NCBI GenBank assembly: GCA_039822165.1
Contig: JBCBMS010000017.1
Span: 1-59,712 of the forward strand
Direction of reading: 5' to 3'
DNA from: Chloroflexota bacterium
GTDB taxonomy: Bacteria; Chloroflexota; Anaerolineae; Aggregatilineales; Phototrophicaceae
DNA: 59,712 nt
The notes below the pieces were generated by a model. The model made no database searches. It had not been told where the DNA came from and saw nothing but the letters and a program-made list of their open reading frames with translations. Positions 45,029 through 56,557 of the stretch are shown piece by piece. The position numbers and the translations under genes are program-made. Every line of letters starts with the position of its first letter. Position 1 is the first letter of the stretch.

Positions 45029-46738
45029 TTATGCGCCCTGTGCGGGCAATTCCACGGTCACTACGGTTCCGGCATTCAGTCGGCTGTCCAGCGAAATCGT
45101 GCCGCCCATCGCTTCCACGATGTTGCGCACAATCACCAGCCCCAGGCCGGTACCGTTGATCGTTCTGACATTTGCTGCCCGGTAGAACGGCTGGAACAGA
45201 TTCGATAGCTCATCCTGCGGGATGCCAATGCCACTGTCCAGCACCTGCATGACGTACTCGCCACGCTGGTAGGAGATCAACAGATCAATGGCCGTGCCCT
45301 GCGGGCTGTAACGTGCGGCATTCGTGAGCAGATTGCCCACAATATATTTCAACCAGCGCTCGTCGGTAACGATTACATGAGCATCCGGTTCACAGGACAG
45401 ACGAACCGGGTTGTTGTACTTCTGATTCAGATCGTGAACGGCCTGGCGTGCAAACTGCACCATATCTACCGGGTTATACTTGAATACAAAGCCAGAATTA
45501 TCGTTACGCACCACCATGTCAATGTCATCCAGAATCTGGGTCAGGTGGGCTGTCTGCTCCTGCATAGATACAAGCCGCTGCTGGCGCTTCTCCGGCGTGA
45601 GGCGGTCGTGGTAGTCGTGCAGCAGGTCACTCGCGCTGCGGATGCTGGCCAGCGGGTTCCGCAGCTCATGAGAAAGTGTCATCATCAGCTTACGACGAAT
45701 TTCACTCAGTTCGCGTTCCTTGCGCAGTTCAACTTCCAGCTTTTCTCTCTCGAGCCGTTCGCGTTCACGTTCCACCCGCTCGGTGATGTCAATGAAAATA
45801 CAGATGACGCTTGATCGTTCCCCGTCTTCGTAGATGGCGTGCGTGCGTAATTCGTAGGCACTGTCCCTCGCGAACAGGGTGATACTCGTCTGCTCGTGCT
45901 TGAGGGCATCCCGCAGGGCTTCTGTAACCTGTGGGTAGTCTTTCAGGACTTCGAACACGGACTGCCCGATGCGGGGCATCCCACCCTCAAATAACCGGTA
46001 AGATCGCGTGCCGGTTGCCAGCAGAACCTGCCCATCTGCGCTCAGCATCAGCAGCACCACCGGGGCATTGGTTGCCATTGTGCGGTACAGGGCCTCACTG
46101 ATCTCCAGATCGCGAGCGGTACTCAGCAGTTCGTCTTGCAGTGTGTCCTCAAAGCGCAGCAGCTCTGTGGTGAAGCGCGTCAGAATGTCCGGGTCTGGAT
46201 AGGTGACGGGCAGCTTGTGGCGGGCTTCCTGTAGCTGTGCCAGCACCTTTGGCCGGTAGCTCTGGACAACATCTTCCAGCACGTCCAGCACCCGGTTCAC
46301 AATCTCGACATCAAAACTCCATACGGTATCGAACTTTCGGTGAGCTTCGGTTTTCGCCGGGGCCAGGTTATCCAGCCCACACAGGATCACGCTGAAGTCT
46401 GCACTGAGAATAGCCACGAACCATTCCTGGCGCAGCGGGTCGTCGCCGTCCAGTTCAATCTGGATGGCACCGGCAGCAGAGTCTGCTGGCAGCGGCTTAC
46501 CGGCAAAGATGCATACCTGCATGTTACTATCGGCCAGCGTCTGATAGCGTTCTGTCTCTTTGCGCCAGTGGGAGGACTCCTGGAAGCCGGTGAACAACAT
46601 GGCAGGCACTTGCTTTTGCAGCACGAAGTCTTCCAGTGTATGCGAAAGATGCACCAGCGTGGCTTTAGTCAGTTGTATAATCGGCAGGTCGTTACCGATC
46701 CTATCCTTCAGCGTCTGGAAGATTGATAGCTTTGCCAT
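45029..46738 (-). CDS. sensor histidine kinase (N-terminal sensory domain + PAS + HisKA + HATPase)
   Basis: H-box LSHELRNPL, N/G boxes (LLTNAARYS, DSGIGIP, GTGLGL). Confidence 0.85.
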   Translation of the reverse strand: MAKLSIFQTLKDRIGNDLPIIQLTKATLVHLSHTLEDFVLQKQVPAMLFTGFQESSHWRKETERYQTLADSNMQVCIFAGKPLPADSAAGAIQIELDGDDPLRQEWFVAILSADFSVILCGLDNLAPAKTEAHRKFDTVWSFDVEIVNRVLDVLEDVVQSYRPKVLAQLQEARHKLPVTYPDPDILTRFTTELLRFEDTLQDELLSTARDLEISEALYRTMATNAPVVLLMLSADGQVLLATGTRSYRLFEGGMPRIGQSVFEVLKDYPQVTEALRDALKHEQTSITLFARDSAYELRTHAIYEDGERSSVICIFIDITERVERERERLEREKLEVELRKERELSEIRRKLMMTLSHELRNPLASIRSASDLLHDYHDRLTPEKRQQRLVSMQEQTAHLTQILDDIDMVVRNDNSGFVFKYNPVDMVQFARQAVHDLNQKYNNPVRLSCEPDAHVIVTDERWLKYIVGNLLTNAARYSPQGTAIDLLISYQRGEYVMQVLDSGIGIPQDELSNLFQPFYRAANVRTINGTGLGLVIVRNIVEAMGGTISLDSRLNAGTVVTVELPAQGA

Positions 46739-46846
46739 AATAATCTCGTTAAAACCACGTAATATGCAGGAATTGTAATATGTCTGATGTTCGTCATGAT
46801 TGTAACGCACTTTTGATGTCGTGTACGATTAGTATTGGCAATATCT

Positions 46847-47965
46847 ATGCAAGCAACGGAGAATTCATTCGTGAATCATACGTTTGACGTTGTAATAATT
46901 GGCGGTGGGCAGGCTGGCCTCGTCACAGGCTACTATCTGAACAACCATACCCGCAACTATGTGATTCTGGACGCCAACGAACAGATTGGCGGGGCGTGGC
47001 AGCACTACTACGAAAGCCTGAAGCTGTTTTCGCCCGTCCGCTGGGCAGAGCTACCCGGCCTCCCGTTCGAAGCCGACCCCGATCACTATCCCACGCGCAA
47101 CGAAGTGATTGACTACCTGCGTGACTATGCCCGCGTCCACGACCTGCCGGTGCGCAGCGGTGTACGCGTCACATCAGTGGAGCGTGACGAAAGCGGTTTT
47201 ACACTCCACACAGACGGCGGCGACACTTACCGGGCCGGGGCGGTTGTGAGTGCGTCCGGGCCGCACAATACCCCGCACATGCCCGCTTTAACCGGCGCAG
47301 AGCAGTTCACCGGGCCACGCGTCCACTCGTATGACTACAAAAATCCGGAACCATACCGCGATCAACATGTAGTCGTGATTGGTGCGCGGGACAGCGCCAT
47401 GCAGATTGCCTATGAACTGGCGCAGGTGGCCCGCGTCTCGATGGCGGTGCGCCATGATCTGAAGTTTATGCCGAAATACATCCTGGGGCTGAGCGTGTTC
47501 TGGTGGCTGCATGAAACCGGCTACGACGAACTGCCGCTGGGGTTGTTCTCGCACGTTGAAGGCACCGACAGAATCGTCGGCAAGGAGCCGTATCAAACGG
47601 CACTGGCAGCGGGTAATCCACAGCCGAAGCCCATGTTCACGCACTTCAAAGAGAACGGCGTGGTGTGGGGCGACGGCACCTATGAGGACGTGGATGCGGT
47701 CATCTATGCGACCGGTTTTCGTCCCGGCCTGGGCTACCTGCGTAACCTCGACGCACTGGACGGAGACGGCATGCCCTGCCACCGCGCAGGTGTTAGCGAG
47801 ACGGTAGAAGGTTTGTTTTACATCGGGCTATTCGGGCAGCGGTCACATGCCTCTGCAACGTTACGCGGTGTGGATAAAGACGCGAAGTTCATTGTGCGCC
47901 GGGTGATGGACTATCTGAAGCATGACGCGCCATTACGGGAGCGCGAACTCGCTGCCGGGGACTGA
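46847..47965 (+). CDS. flavin-containing monooxygenase / CzcO-like FAD/NAD(P)-binding oxidoreductase
   Basis: VVIIGGGQAG and second GxGxxG (VVVIGARDSAMQIA); alternative GTG start 46871. Confidence 0.7.
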   Translation: MQATENSFVNHTFDVVIIGGGQAGLVTGYYLNNHTRNYVILDANEQIGGAWQHYYESLKLFSPVRWAELPGLPFEADPDHYPTRNEVIDYLRDYARVHDLPVRSGVRVTSVERDESGFTLHTDGGDTYRAGAVVSASGPHNTPHMPALTGAEQFTGPRVHSYDYKNPEPYRDQHVVVIGARDSAMQIAYELAQVARVSMAVRHDLKFMPKYILGLSVFWWLHETGYDELPLGLFSHVEGTDRIVGKEPYQTALAAGNPQPKPMFTHFKENGVVWGDGTYEDVDAVIYATGFRPGLGYLRNLDALDGDGMPCHRAGVSETVEGLFYIGLFGQRSHASATLRGVDKDAKFIVRRVMDYLKHDAPLRERELAAGD

Positions 47966-48015
47966 CACAGATCGGGCGGGGCACGGCCTCGCCCTCACAA
48001 CACAGGAATTGACCT

Positions 48016-48405
48016 ATGACTACCGTGGAACTCCGTCCCATTGACCGGGACAACTACAGACAGGCCACAGCGCTGACGGTTGCACCGGAGCAAGAAAATT
48101 ACGTCGCGCCGAACCTCAATTCACTGGCCGATGCCTACGTGTGGTATGACATTGCCCGCTGCGATGGTATTTTCGCCGGGGAGGAGATGGTCGGGTTCAC
48201 CATGTACACGAAGAAGCCGACCGAAAGCGGCAAGTGGATCATCGTGCGCTACATGATCGACCACCGGCAGCAGGGGAAGGGCTATGGCCGCGCCGGGTTG
48301 AACAAACTCATTGAGCAGTTCAAGGCCCAACTTGGCTGCGACCGCGTGTATCTCTCGGTGATACCGGAAAACGTGGCGGCGAAATCACTTTACGAAAGCG
48401 CCTGA
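48016..48405 (+). CDS. GNAT family N-acetyltransferase
   Basis: 129 aa; Q/RxxGxG/A acetyl-CoA motif (HRQQGKGYGRAG). Confidence 0.75.
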   Translation: MTTVELRPIDRDNYRQATALTVAPEQENYVAPNLNSLADAYVWYDIARCDGIFAGEEMVGFTMYTKKPTESGKWIIVRYMIDHRQQGKGYGRAGLNKLIEQFKAQLGCDRVYLSVIPENVAAKSLYESA

Positions 48406-48469
48406 TTCAAAGCCACCGGTGAAATCCACAGTGGCGAGGCGGAGTACGTGCTGGTGTTTTGACCCGTAG

Positions 48470-48853
48470 TTACTGCCGCTTTTGCCAGCGCTCATAGGCA
48501 GGCCGTGCTTTTGCGATGATTTCGGCATCGCCGTGGGTTTGCAGGGCGGCCCACGTGCGCGGATACGCATCCGCTACATCGAACTTGCGCTCCAGTGAGT
48601 AGGCCACCGCGTTAAAGTCCAGCCGCCCCTCTGCCGCCGCTTCGATGGCGGGTTCGATGGTGCGCGGGTCGCGGGTGGCAATCAGCACCTCATAGGCGGC
48701 TTTGCGCACACTGCGCAGCGGGTCATTTAACGCAGCCAGCAGGGGCGGCACCGCCTCCAGGGAACCGCTCTGGCCGAGCGCGATGGCCGCCTGTTTGCGC
48801 GTTTCTTCGTCGCCGTCGCGGAGCTGTGCGGCAAGCTGTTCGATGTCTGCCAT
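48470..48853 (-). CDS. HEAT-repeat protein
   Basis: RKQAAIALGQSGSLEAVPPLLAALNDP...VRKAA HEAT/PBS-lyase-like repeats. Confidence 0.65.
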   Translation of the reverse strand: MADIEQLAAQLRDGDEETRKQAAIALGQSGSLEAVPPLLAALNDPLRSVRKAAYEVLIATRDPRTIEPAIEAAAEGRLDFNAVAYSLERKFDVADAYPRTWAALQTHGDAEIIAKARPAYERWQKRQ

Positions 48854-48971
48854 GTGTGCTGCCTCCCTTGAATTCAGAAAAAATTCGTCCGAAATGCGTA
48901 AATTCTACCCCGATCCACAATACGAAGCGTTATAATCAAAGCACTTCGCCTACCAGACTGGAACTGACCCT

Positions 48972-49757
48972 GTGGATTCTAACACGAAAGCTCAGATGAA
49001 AGAGGCCCGCGACCGGATTCGCGGCGGGCACTACGATGAAGCCCGCGCCATTCTGCTGTACATTCGGCACCCGACTGCCCGTGAGTGGCTGGAAAAGCTG
49101 GAACAACTCGACCCATCCGGCAGCGCAGATTCCCTGGCACAGCGACCGACGAAACGCGACAGCGGCCTCAGCCCGGTGGCGATTGGTGTGCTGGCCGTGG
49201 GCGTGGTCGTGTTCGTCGCGGCTATTGTGCTGATGGTGACGGGAACACTCTCGAATTTGTCCGGGTTTTCATTCAATTCCGAGCCGGCCCCGGCGACTAT
49301 GCTGCGTTTCGATCACCCGCAGGTGGCCTTCAGCTACCCGGACACGTTGCAGTTACAGGACGCTTCGCAGCACCCGGATTGTGACCTGCCGCTGGAGTGC
49401 GCGGCCTGGCTGACGGATAGCCGCCGGGATGCGCATGTGCTGGTGAGTTCAATCACCATTCCGCTCCAGATTATCGACTACAGCAGCGACGAACTGGAGC
49501 GGGCGTTGATGCGCTTTGTGCGTGATGGCGTGGCGGGTGAGGAGTTTATCTCGCGCGGGCTGGTGGATGTGGGTGAGGGCCGCTACGAGGCCATCCGGCG
49601 GGAGATGTACTACCCCACCGGCGGCTATGAAGTCACCTACCTGATTACGTTTGAGGGGCGGGCCTACTTCGTGTGGTACCTCGCCAGCTCTGAGCGCGAT
49701 CTTAACCGCTATATGGCCGACGCCGAGATGGTCGCCAATACGCTGCTCATCAAGTAG
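48972..49757 (+). CDS. hypothetical membrane-anchored protein
   Basis: 261-aa ORF with one central TM segment. Confidence 0.5.
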   Translation: MDSNTKAQMKEARDRIRGGHYDEARAILLYIRHPTAREWLEKLEQLDPSGSADSLAQRPTKRDSGLSPVAIGVLAVGVVVFVAAIVLMVTGTLSNLSGFSFNSEPAPATMLRFDHPQVAFSYPDTLQLQDASQHPDCDLPLECAAWLTDSRRDAHVLVSSITIPLQIIDYSSDELERALMRFVRDGVAGEEFISRGLVDVGEGRYEAIRREMYYPTGGYEVTYLITFEGRAYFVWYLASSERDLNRYMADAEMVANTLLIK

Positions 49758-49789
49758 GGTGGGGCGGACGCCAGAATTGGCGTCCCTAC
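49754..49789. repeat. REP unit (ends ...GTCCCTAC), minus orientation
   Basis: gtagggtggggcggacgcc-agaatt-ggcgtccctac. Confidence 0.6.
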
Positions 49790-49809
49790 GCAAAATACAG
49801 GTTCATGCT

Positions 49810-49836
49810 GTAGGGACATGCTTCTGCATGTCCGCC
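49810..49836. repeat. REP unit (GTAGGGAC...GTCCGCC), plus orientation; with 49754..49789 forms an inverted doublet between convergent genes
   Basis: gtagggacatgc-ttct-gcatgtccgcc. Confidence 0.6.
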
Positions 49837-49859
49837 GCAAAAAAACGGGAGAGGATAAC

Positions 49860-51113
<1,254 letters not shown>

Positions 51114-51269
51114 ATTGATGGGTTGCTCCTTAGAAAATTATGATAAGCCGGAGAAATTATAGCACGGGATATGATCCGTGGTAGGTGAACCGGGCCGTCA
51201 TTGCACAACTTGCAGCCGCTCACTATAATTTCGCTTCGCAAGTGACACACCACGGAGCCTCCCCCACCA

Positions 51270-52577
51270 ATGCCAGCACAAAAAACGCTCTACATCCACA
51301 TCGGCATGCCCAAAACCGGCACCACCACCATCCAGCATGGGCTACAGATCAACGAAGATGCCCTGCGGGAAAATGGCTACTATCTGCCAGTGACGGGCCG
51401 GCTCCGTAGCCCGCGCACCATCGTACATGCCAACGTGGGCCTGCAATACCTCACCGATAACGCCGCGTTCCACGACCGCTACGACGACAGCATGCCCTTC
51501 TCCGCGCTCATCGACGAAATCCAGCAGCAGGACGCGCCAAACAGCATCATCTCGCACGAGATATTATTCTCCATGCCACCAGAGCAAAACACGGCCTTCC
51601 GTGCCGCTATCCCGGCAAACATCCGCCCGGTCATCATCATCTACATCCGCCGCCACGACCGCTACGTGCAGTCGGCGTGGTCACAGCATGTGCGGATTTC
51701 GCGAAAAACATGGTCATTCGAGGAGTACTTCGACCGACTGGACGACCCGAAACAGCAGCGCTACCGTGACTATGACTTCATTCTATCCGGGTGGGAGCGT
51801 GAGTTCGGCATCGAGAATATCCGGGTACGCCGCTTTGATGAGGTGATTGCCGGGGAGACGCACCTGTTCCATGATTTTTTGCAGACATGCGACGTGCCAC
51901 AGCCGCCACAGTACGCCGTGCCAGAGCAGATCAACATCTCGCCATCGTACAAAACGCTGGAAGTCATCCGTGCCGTCACAAAACGAGCCAATCTGGACAC
52001 GAACGACCCGGATAGCTTCTTCGACATCACCCGTTTTACCGAACCCGTCCAGAAGTACGCGCAGCAGGCCGGCTGGGACAGCGAAAAACTGAACCTGATG
52101 ACCCCGGAGCGACACAGGCGCATTCAGCAGTTGTTCGGGGAGTCTGACGCGCGGGTGGCTCGCCGTTACTTTGACAGCGACACGCTGTTCCCGCATAGCT
52201 ACAAAGACCGCCCCGTCTCACAGTTCGATATGGAGCGGGATGTGACCCCGGATGATTGGCTGAGCATCGCGACGTTTGCCATGCTGGAGGCACTGAAGCG
52301 GTCACAGAACGCGAACCGGTTGCTGAAACGTAACGAACAGTTGCAGCGTCAGCTCACACAGACGCGGCTGCAGGCCGAACTGGACGCTGCCAACAAACGC
52401 ATTGCCGACCTCGAAGCCGAACTGGCAAACCGCCGTCAGTTGCCGCTGGCCCGCGCCGGGGAACTGATTGCAGCGGCACAGCGCGAAGCCCGTGAGGGTG
52501 GCATGGGCGGGTTGTTCGGGCGAGTGTGGGGCTGGTTGCAGGGCCAGCGGAGCGGTGGCCAGCACAGCACCCGTTGA
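51270..52577 (+). CDS. sulfotransferase-like P-loop protein with C-terminal coiled coil
   Basis: IHIGMPKTGTTTIQ (5'-PSB-like); C-terminal heptad-rich region. Confidence 0.5.
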   Translation: MPAQKTLYIHIGMPKTGTTTIQHGLQINEDALRENGYYLPVTGRLRSPRTIVHANVGLQYLTDNAAFHDRYDDSMPFSALIDEIQQQDAPNSIISHEILFSMPPEQNTAFRAAIPANIRPVIIIYIRRHDRYVQSAWSQHVRISRKTWSFEEYFDRLDDPKQQRYRDYDFILSGWEREFGIENIRVRRFDEVIAGETHLFHDFLQTCDVPQPPQYAVPEQINISPSYKTLEVIRAVTKRANLDTNDPDSFFDITRFTEPVQKYAQQAGWDSEKLNLMTPERHRRIQQLFGESDARVARRYFDSDTLFPHSYKDRPVSQFDMERDVTPDDWLSIATFAMLEALKRSQNANRLLKRNEQLQRQLTQTRLQAELDAANKRIADLEAELANRRQLPLARAGELIAAAQREAREGGMGGLFGRVWGWLQGQRSGGQHSTR

Positions 52578-52653
52578 TCCACACAGCGTGAATTCGCGAA
52601 CAATGTTATAGTGGCAGCACGGTATCCAACTGGCCCCAACCGGAGGTGTTGCT

Positions 52654-53811
52654 ATGATCGGCACGATTGTTGAGATTGTTATCGGTCTGGTTTTTGTTTA
52701 CGTCCTGCTCAGTTTGCTCGTCACGCAGTTAAACAACATTGTGGTGTGGGCGACCCGCCTGCGGGCCAATGTCCTGTTCGTTTTTGTGCGGGATAAGCTG
52801 TTGCAGGGTGAACTCGGCACAATTCTCCAGCACCCGCTGCTGAACCTTGTAGAAGAAAATGGGGCAATCAAACGCACTGCCACCTATATTGACCCGCAAG
52901 CCTTTGCACTCACCCTCTCCAACGCGACCGTGGAGCGTGTGGTGCGGGCGGTGGAAAGCCGGTTACAGGGTGTCGATCGGCAGCAGGTAGAGTCTACCGG
53001 TGCAAAGCTGCTGATCGAACTGAAAGACCCGGCGCTCACCATCCAGAACCTGCAATCGCTGAAAACCAGTGCTGCTAACCTGCCCGCCGGGGGCGCAAAA
53101 CAGGCCATTACTGCCGAACTGGACGATATGATCCGCGTGCTGACAGAGTACCAGGCTACCCCGGCAGAAGACAAAGACGCGCGGCTGGCGCTGCTTCAGC
53201 GCGAGGTGCAGAACGTCAACAACTATGCGCTGCGCACGTCGCTCAGTTCCCTGCTGGAAACAGTGGAGACGTTCGATGACACCATCACCCGTATCGGGCA
53301 GTGGTTTGACGACCGTGTAGCAGAAACATCAAAGGTCTACAGCCGCCGCATGGCGCAGATCAGTTTCATCCTCGGGTTAATCTGCGCCATCGTCATCAAT
53401 GCCGATTCACTCTACATTGCCCGCGTCCTGTGGGATGACAGCGAACTTCGCCAGCAAATTGTTGTCGAGGCCACAGATAATCTGTCTACCGTTGAGGAGC
53501 TTATCACCAGCAGCGAGGAGATGCGGGCCCAGCTTTCTGCCACAGAAGACCCTGCCGCACCGGAACAACCCATCGAAGCGCAGGCGGCGCAGCGTACCGA
53601 GGAACTCTCGACGACGCTGGAAGACATTGAGGCGACCATCGCACTTATTGAATCGACCAATCTGCCGGTGGGGTGGAGCGTGGGCAATGTGCCCACCGAT
53701 GTACCCGGCTTTTTGCTACAGATGGTGGGCTGGGTGATTACGGCACTTGCTACCACACTGGGTGCCCCGTTCTGGTTCGACATTCTGCGCAACCTCACAA
53801 AACCGCGTTAA
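52654..53811 (+). CDS. hypothetical 3-TM membrane protein, paralog A
   Basis: N-terminal IVEIVIGLVFVYVLLSLLV, central SFILGLICAIVINADSLYIARVLWDDS, C-terminal LGAPFWFDILRNL. Confidence 0.6.
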   Translation: MIGTIVEIVIGLVFVYVLLSLLVTQLNNIVVWATRLRANVLFVFVRDKLLQGELGTILQHPLLNLVEENGAIKRTATYIDPQAFALTLSNATVERVVRAVESRLQGVDRQQVESTGAKLLIELKDPALTIQNLQSLKTSAANLPAGGAKQAITAELDDMIRVLTEYQATPAEDKDARLALLQREVQNVNNYALRTSLSSLLETVETFDDTITRIGQWFDDRVAETSKVYSRRMAQISFILGLICAIVINADSLYIARVLWDDSELRQQIVVEATDNLSTVEELITSSEEMRAQLSATEDPAAPEQPIEAQAAQRTEELSTTLEDIEATIALIESTNLPVGWSVGNVPTDVPGFLLQMVGWVITALATTLGAPFWFDILRNLTKPR

Positions 53812-53915
53812 CGGCAAACTGCCGGAAAAATGGTATATTTGGAAAAACAAACCGACTGTCATGGGATGTGCCTGTGCATATCCCCTTTTTGCAAACATAA
53901 GGGGGCAACGGAATC

Positions 53916-55199
53916 ATGCTGGGTTCCGCAGTGATTGAAGTCATTATCGGGCTGGTGTTCGTCTACATCCTGCTCAGTTTGCTGGTCTCGCAAATCAACC
54001 AGCTCATCGCCGATCTGCTTAACATCCGCGCCAACGCACTGCGCGAACGGGTTGAAAAACTGCTCTACGACGAGCAGCTACAGGAGCGCGTACTTACACA
54101 TCCCGTCGTGGGCATCCTGCGGCCTCCACTGCCAGAAGACACGCCAGACCGCCGCCAGCGCACGGCAAAGGTCGCCAACCTGGCCGCGAACAACTTCGCC
54201 AAAGCACTGGTGAACATCCTCAGCGACCCGTACCTAGACCTGTATGCAGCACTCACCACGGTTGAGGACGAAGAAACGGCAGACCGCATGCGCATGGTGG
54301 TCGATCAACTGAAAGCCAACGTGGGTGACCCCACCCGCGCCCGTGCTGTCCTCAGTCGCCTGCACAACGAGATCGACAAACTGCGCGAAACCGACGAATA
54401 CGCTTATGAATCACTGATCCGCACACTGGGGCCGCTGCAAGCATCGGTGCAAAACATCCAGTCCGGCAACTCCGGCTATTTGCAGGTACTCAACGGCGTC
54501 AGCCAGATCGACAACCGGGCGTTCCAGGTCGCAATGGAAACCGTGCTTTCTGGCACGCAGAACCTCAAGGAAGCCGAACTGGCCATTGAGGAGTGGTACG
54601 ATAACAAGATGTCGCAAACGAAAGACACCTATGGCCGCTACATGAGCAATCTGTCGCTGCTGGTGGGGTTGCTGCTGGCTGTCTTCCTGAACATTGACTC
54701 GCTGTATCTGGCCCGCACCCTGTGGAACGACAGTGCCCTGCGCGACCGCCTGTCGGTTGCTGCCAATGCCGCCGTCATCAACGCAGAAGATGTGGCCATC
54801 CAGCAACCAGCCGTTGCCGGGCCGGGTGGCCAGAGTACCGAGGATGCCATCACTGCCGCTGCGGATAGCTTCCAGCTTGCCGAGGCTACGTTCGAGCGGT
54901 TGCTGGAACTGCGTCTGCCCATCGGCTGGACGTTCCGACTGCCAGGGAGTGCTCCAGAAACCATATCCGGCGGAACGGTGAATGTATACGACGCCACACA
55001 GGATTCCCGCAACCTGTACAACATTGTGGTGCCGTGGTCATCACGAGAGTGGCTGCTGAACGTGATTGCCAAGCTGGCCGGGTTGATTATCACGTCGTTT
55101 GCGGTGGCACAGGGTGCGCCCTTCTGGTTCGATGTGCTGCGGCGTGTGAGTGGGCAGAAAAGCCCCTCATCCACCGGTACCAGTACCACAAACGCCTGA
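53916..55199 (+). CDS. hypothetical 3-TM membrane protein, paralog B
   Basis: Same three conserved segments as paralog A (VIEVIIGLVFVYILLSLLV; LNIDSLYLARTLWNDS; QGAPFWFDVLRRV). Confidence 0.6.
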   Translation: MLGSAVIEVIIGLVFVYILLSLLVSQINQLIADLLNIRANALRERVEKLLYDEQLQERVLTHPVVGILRPPLPEDTPDRRQRTAKVANLAANNFAKALVNILSDPYLDLYAALTTVEDEETADRMRMVVDQLKANVGDPTRARAVLSRLHNEIDKLRETDEYAYESLIRTLGPLQASVQNIQSGNSGYLQVLNGVSQIDNRAFQVAMETVLSGTQNLKEAELAIEEWYDNKMSQTKDTYGRYMSNLSLLVGLLLAVFLNIDSLYLARTLWNDSALRDRLSVAANAAVINAEDVAIQQPAVAGPGGQSTEDAITAAADSFQLAEATFERLLELRLPIGWTFRLPGSAPETISGGTVNVYDATQDSRNLYNIVVPWSSREWLLNVIAKLAGLIITSFAVAQGAPFWFDVLRRVSGQKSPSSTGTSTTNA

Positions 55200-55246
55200 G
55201 CTTTGACGGGGCGCAGCCGATCTGTGCCCCGTCCTGCCCCGCACTT

Positions 55247-55723
55247 TCAGTACAGGGCAAGCGCCATCGCCAGTGCCCCGCAACCGGCACAACCAATGGA
55301 AAAGCGCAGCAGGTTCAGGTGAAACCAGTGCATACGTTCCTCCCGCCAGCCCTCTACCTCTGTGTCTTTGTCCCATGCCATGATGCGGTCGTACCACGGT
55401 TCATTGGCATACCGGGATACAAGCACCGGCCCGGCAACGAACAACACAACCCCAACAGCAGCCCCGATGAACGTCGGCGTCCCGATTGAATCTCGGAGCA
55501 GCACCAGCGCAATCCCCGCACTGAGCAACGGCAATAGCAGCAGCACCCATACAACAATCGCCTTCCTGCCGGAGGTGATAATGCCCTGCATCACCTGTGT
55601 GTACGTCGCGTAATCCAGTTGATAGAGCATCCGCTGGATAACGCCCATCATCGCGGCGATGATACCGACGAATAGACTCGAACTGACCACGGTTATCACG
55701 AGAAGAACTTCAATGATGTCCAT
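55247..55723 (-). CDS. DUF1772-like (anthrone oxygenase-like) small membrane protein
   Basis: 158 aa, 4 TM, pattern consistent with DUF1772. Confidence 0.45.
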   Translation of the reverse strand: MDIIEVLLVITVVSSSLFVGIIAAMMGVIQRMLYQLDYATYTQVMQGIITSGRKAIVVWVLLLLPLLSAGIALVLLRDSIGTPTFIGAAVGVVLFVAGPVLVSRYANEPWYDRIMAWDKDTEVEGWREERMHWFHLNLLRFSIGCAGCGALAMALALY

Positions 55724-55806
55724 TTTCCGTCATTTTCTCCGTTACCACATAGTTTGCTCAATACCATAGTGCCCCCGAATCAACCCGGAGGCACGCTGCA
55801 ATGGCA

Positions 55807-56556
55807 TTATGTGGTATACATCACCCGCGCCAGCCGCCTTATCAGATACGCCAGCGCGGCAAACTGTGTGACGAGGGCGATCACCATATAGAGCGGCCAC
55901 AGACTTTCACCGGCTTCGATGGCCCACAGTGATTTCATCGTCCAGTACGGGGGGTACACCCCGGCGATGAACTGCCACGGTTCCGGGATAAACCACGCAC
56001 CCATGACAATCAACATCAGTGACCCCACGATTTTGATTGTCGCGAAGCCCTCCACCTTGTTCGCAGAGAATATCGCGAGGAACAGTGATACCAGCGCGGC
56101 GAACACGGCGTTCACGGTGGCCAGCAGCAGAATATGCCACCACGCCAGCGCATGCAGATTGCCGAGCAGCGCCAGTCCCAGTACACTGAACACGAACCCG
56201 ATCACCGTAGGGATCATGACGCGATACAGGATGTACTTACCGGGGGGCACCGGCGTGACCAGCATCGCTGTGAGCGTGCCGGTATCGCGTTCGTCAATAA
56301 GTATGAAGCCCATCACCGTGCCGGATAGCACCGCCGCCACCTGATGCAGCACCAGTCCCGACACAATCAGCGGATAGTACACCGACAGATCAAAGTCCAT
56401 CTCTTTCATCAGCGTATTGGCCAGTGGCGGCACCGCGAACCGGATCAGGATGATGGCGAACAGCGCATACCCGAACAGCATAATCAGGAACGTATCTCGC
56501 CCGATGATTCGCGCATCGTTGCGCCCGACCTTTGCAACAACCTGTGTGAACTGCAT
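55807..56556 (-). CDS. ABC-2 type exporter permease
   Basis: 249 aa, 6 TM. Confidence 0.7.
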   Translation of the reverse strand: MQFTQVVAKVGRNDARIIGRDTFLIMLFGYALFAIILIRFAVPPLANTLMKEMDFDLSVYYPLIVSGLVLHQVAAVLSGTVMGFILIDERDTGTLTAMLVTPVPPGKYILYRVMIPTVIGFVFSVLGLALLGNLHALAWWHILLLATVNAVFAALVSLFLAIFSANKVEGFATIKIVGSLMLIVMGAWFIPEPWQFIAGVYPPYWTMKSLWAIEAGESLWPLYMVIALVTQFAALAYLIRRLARVMYTT

Positions 56557-56557
56557 G

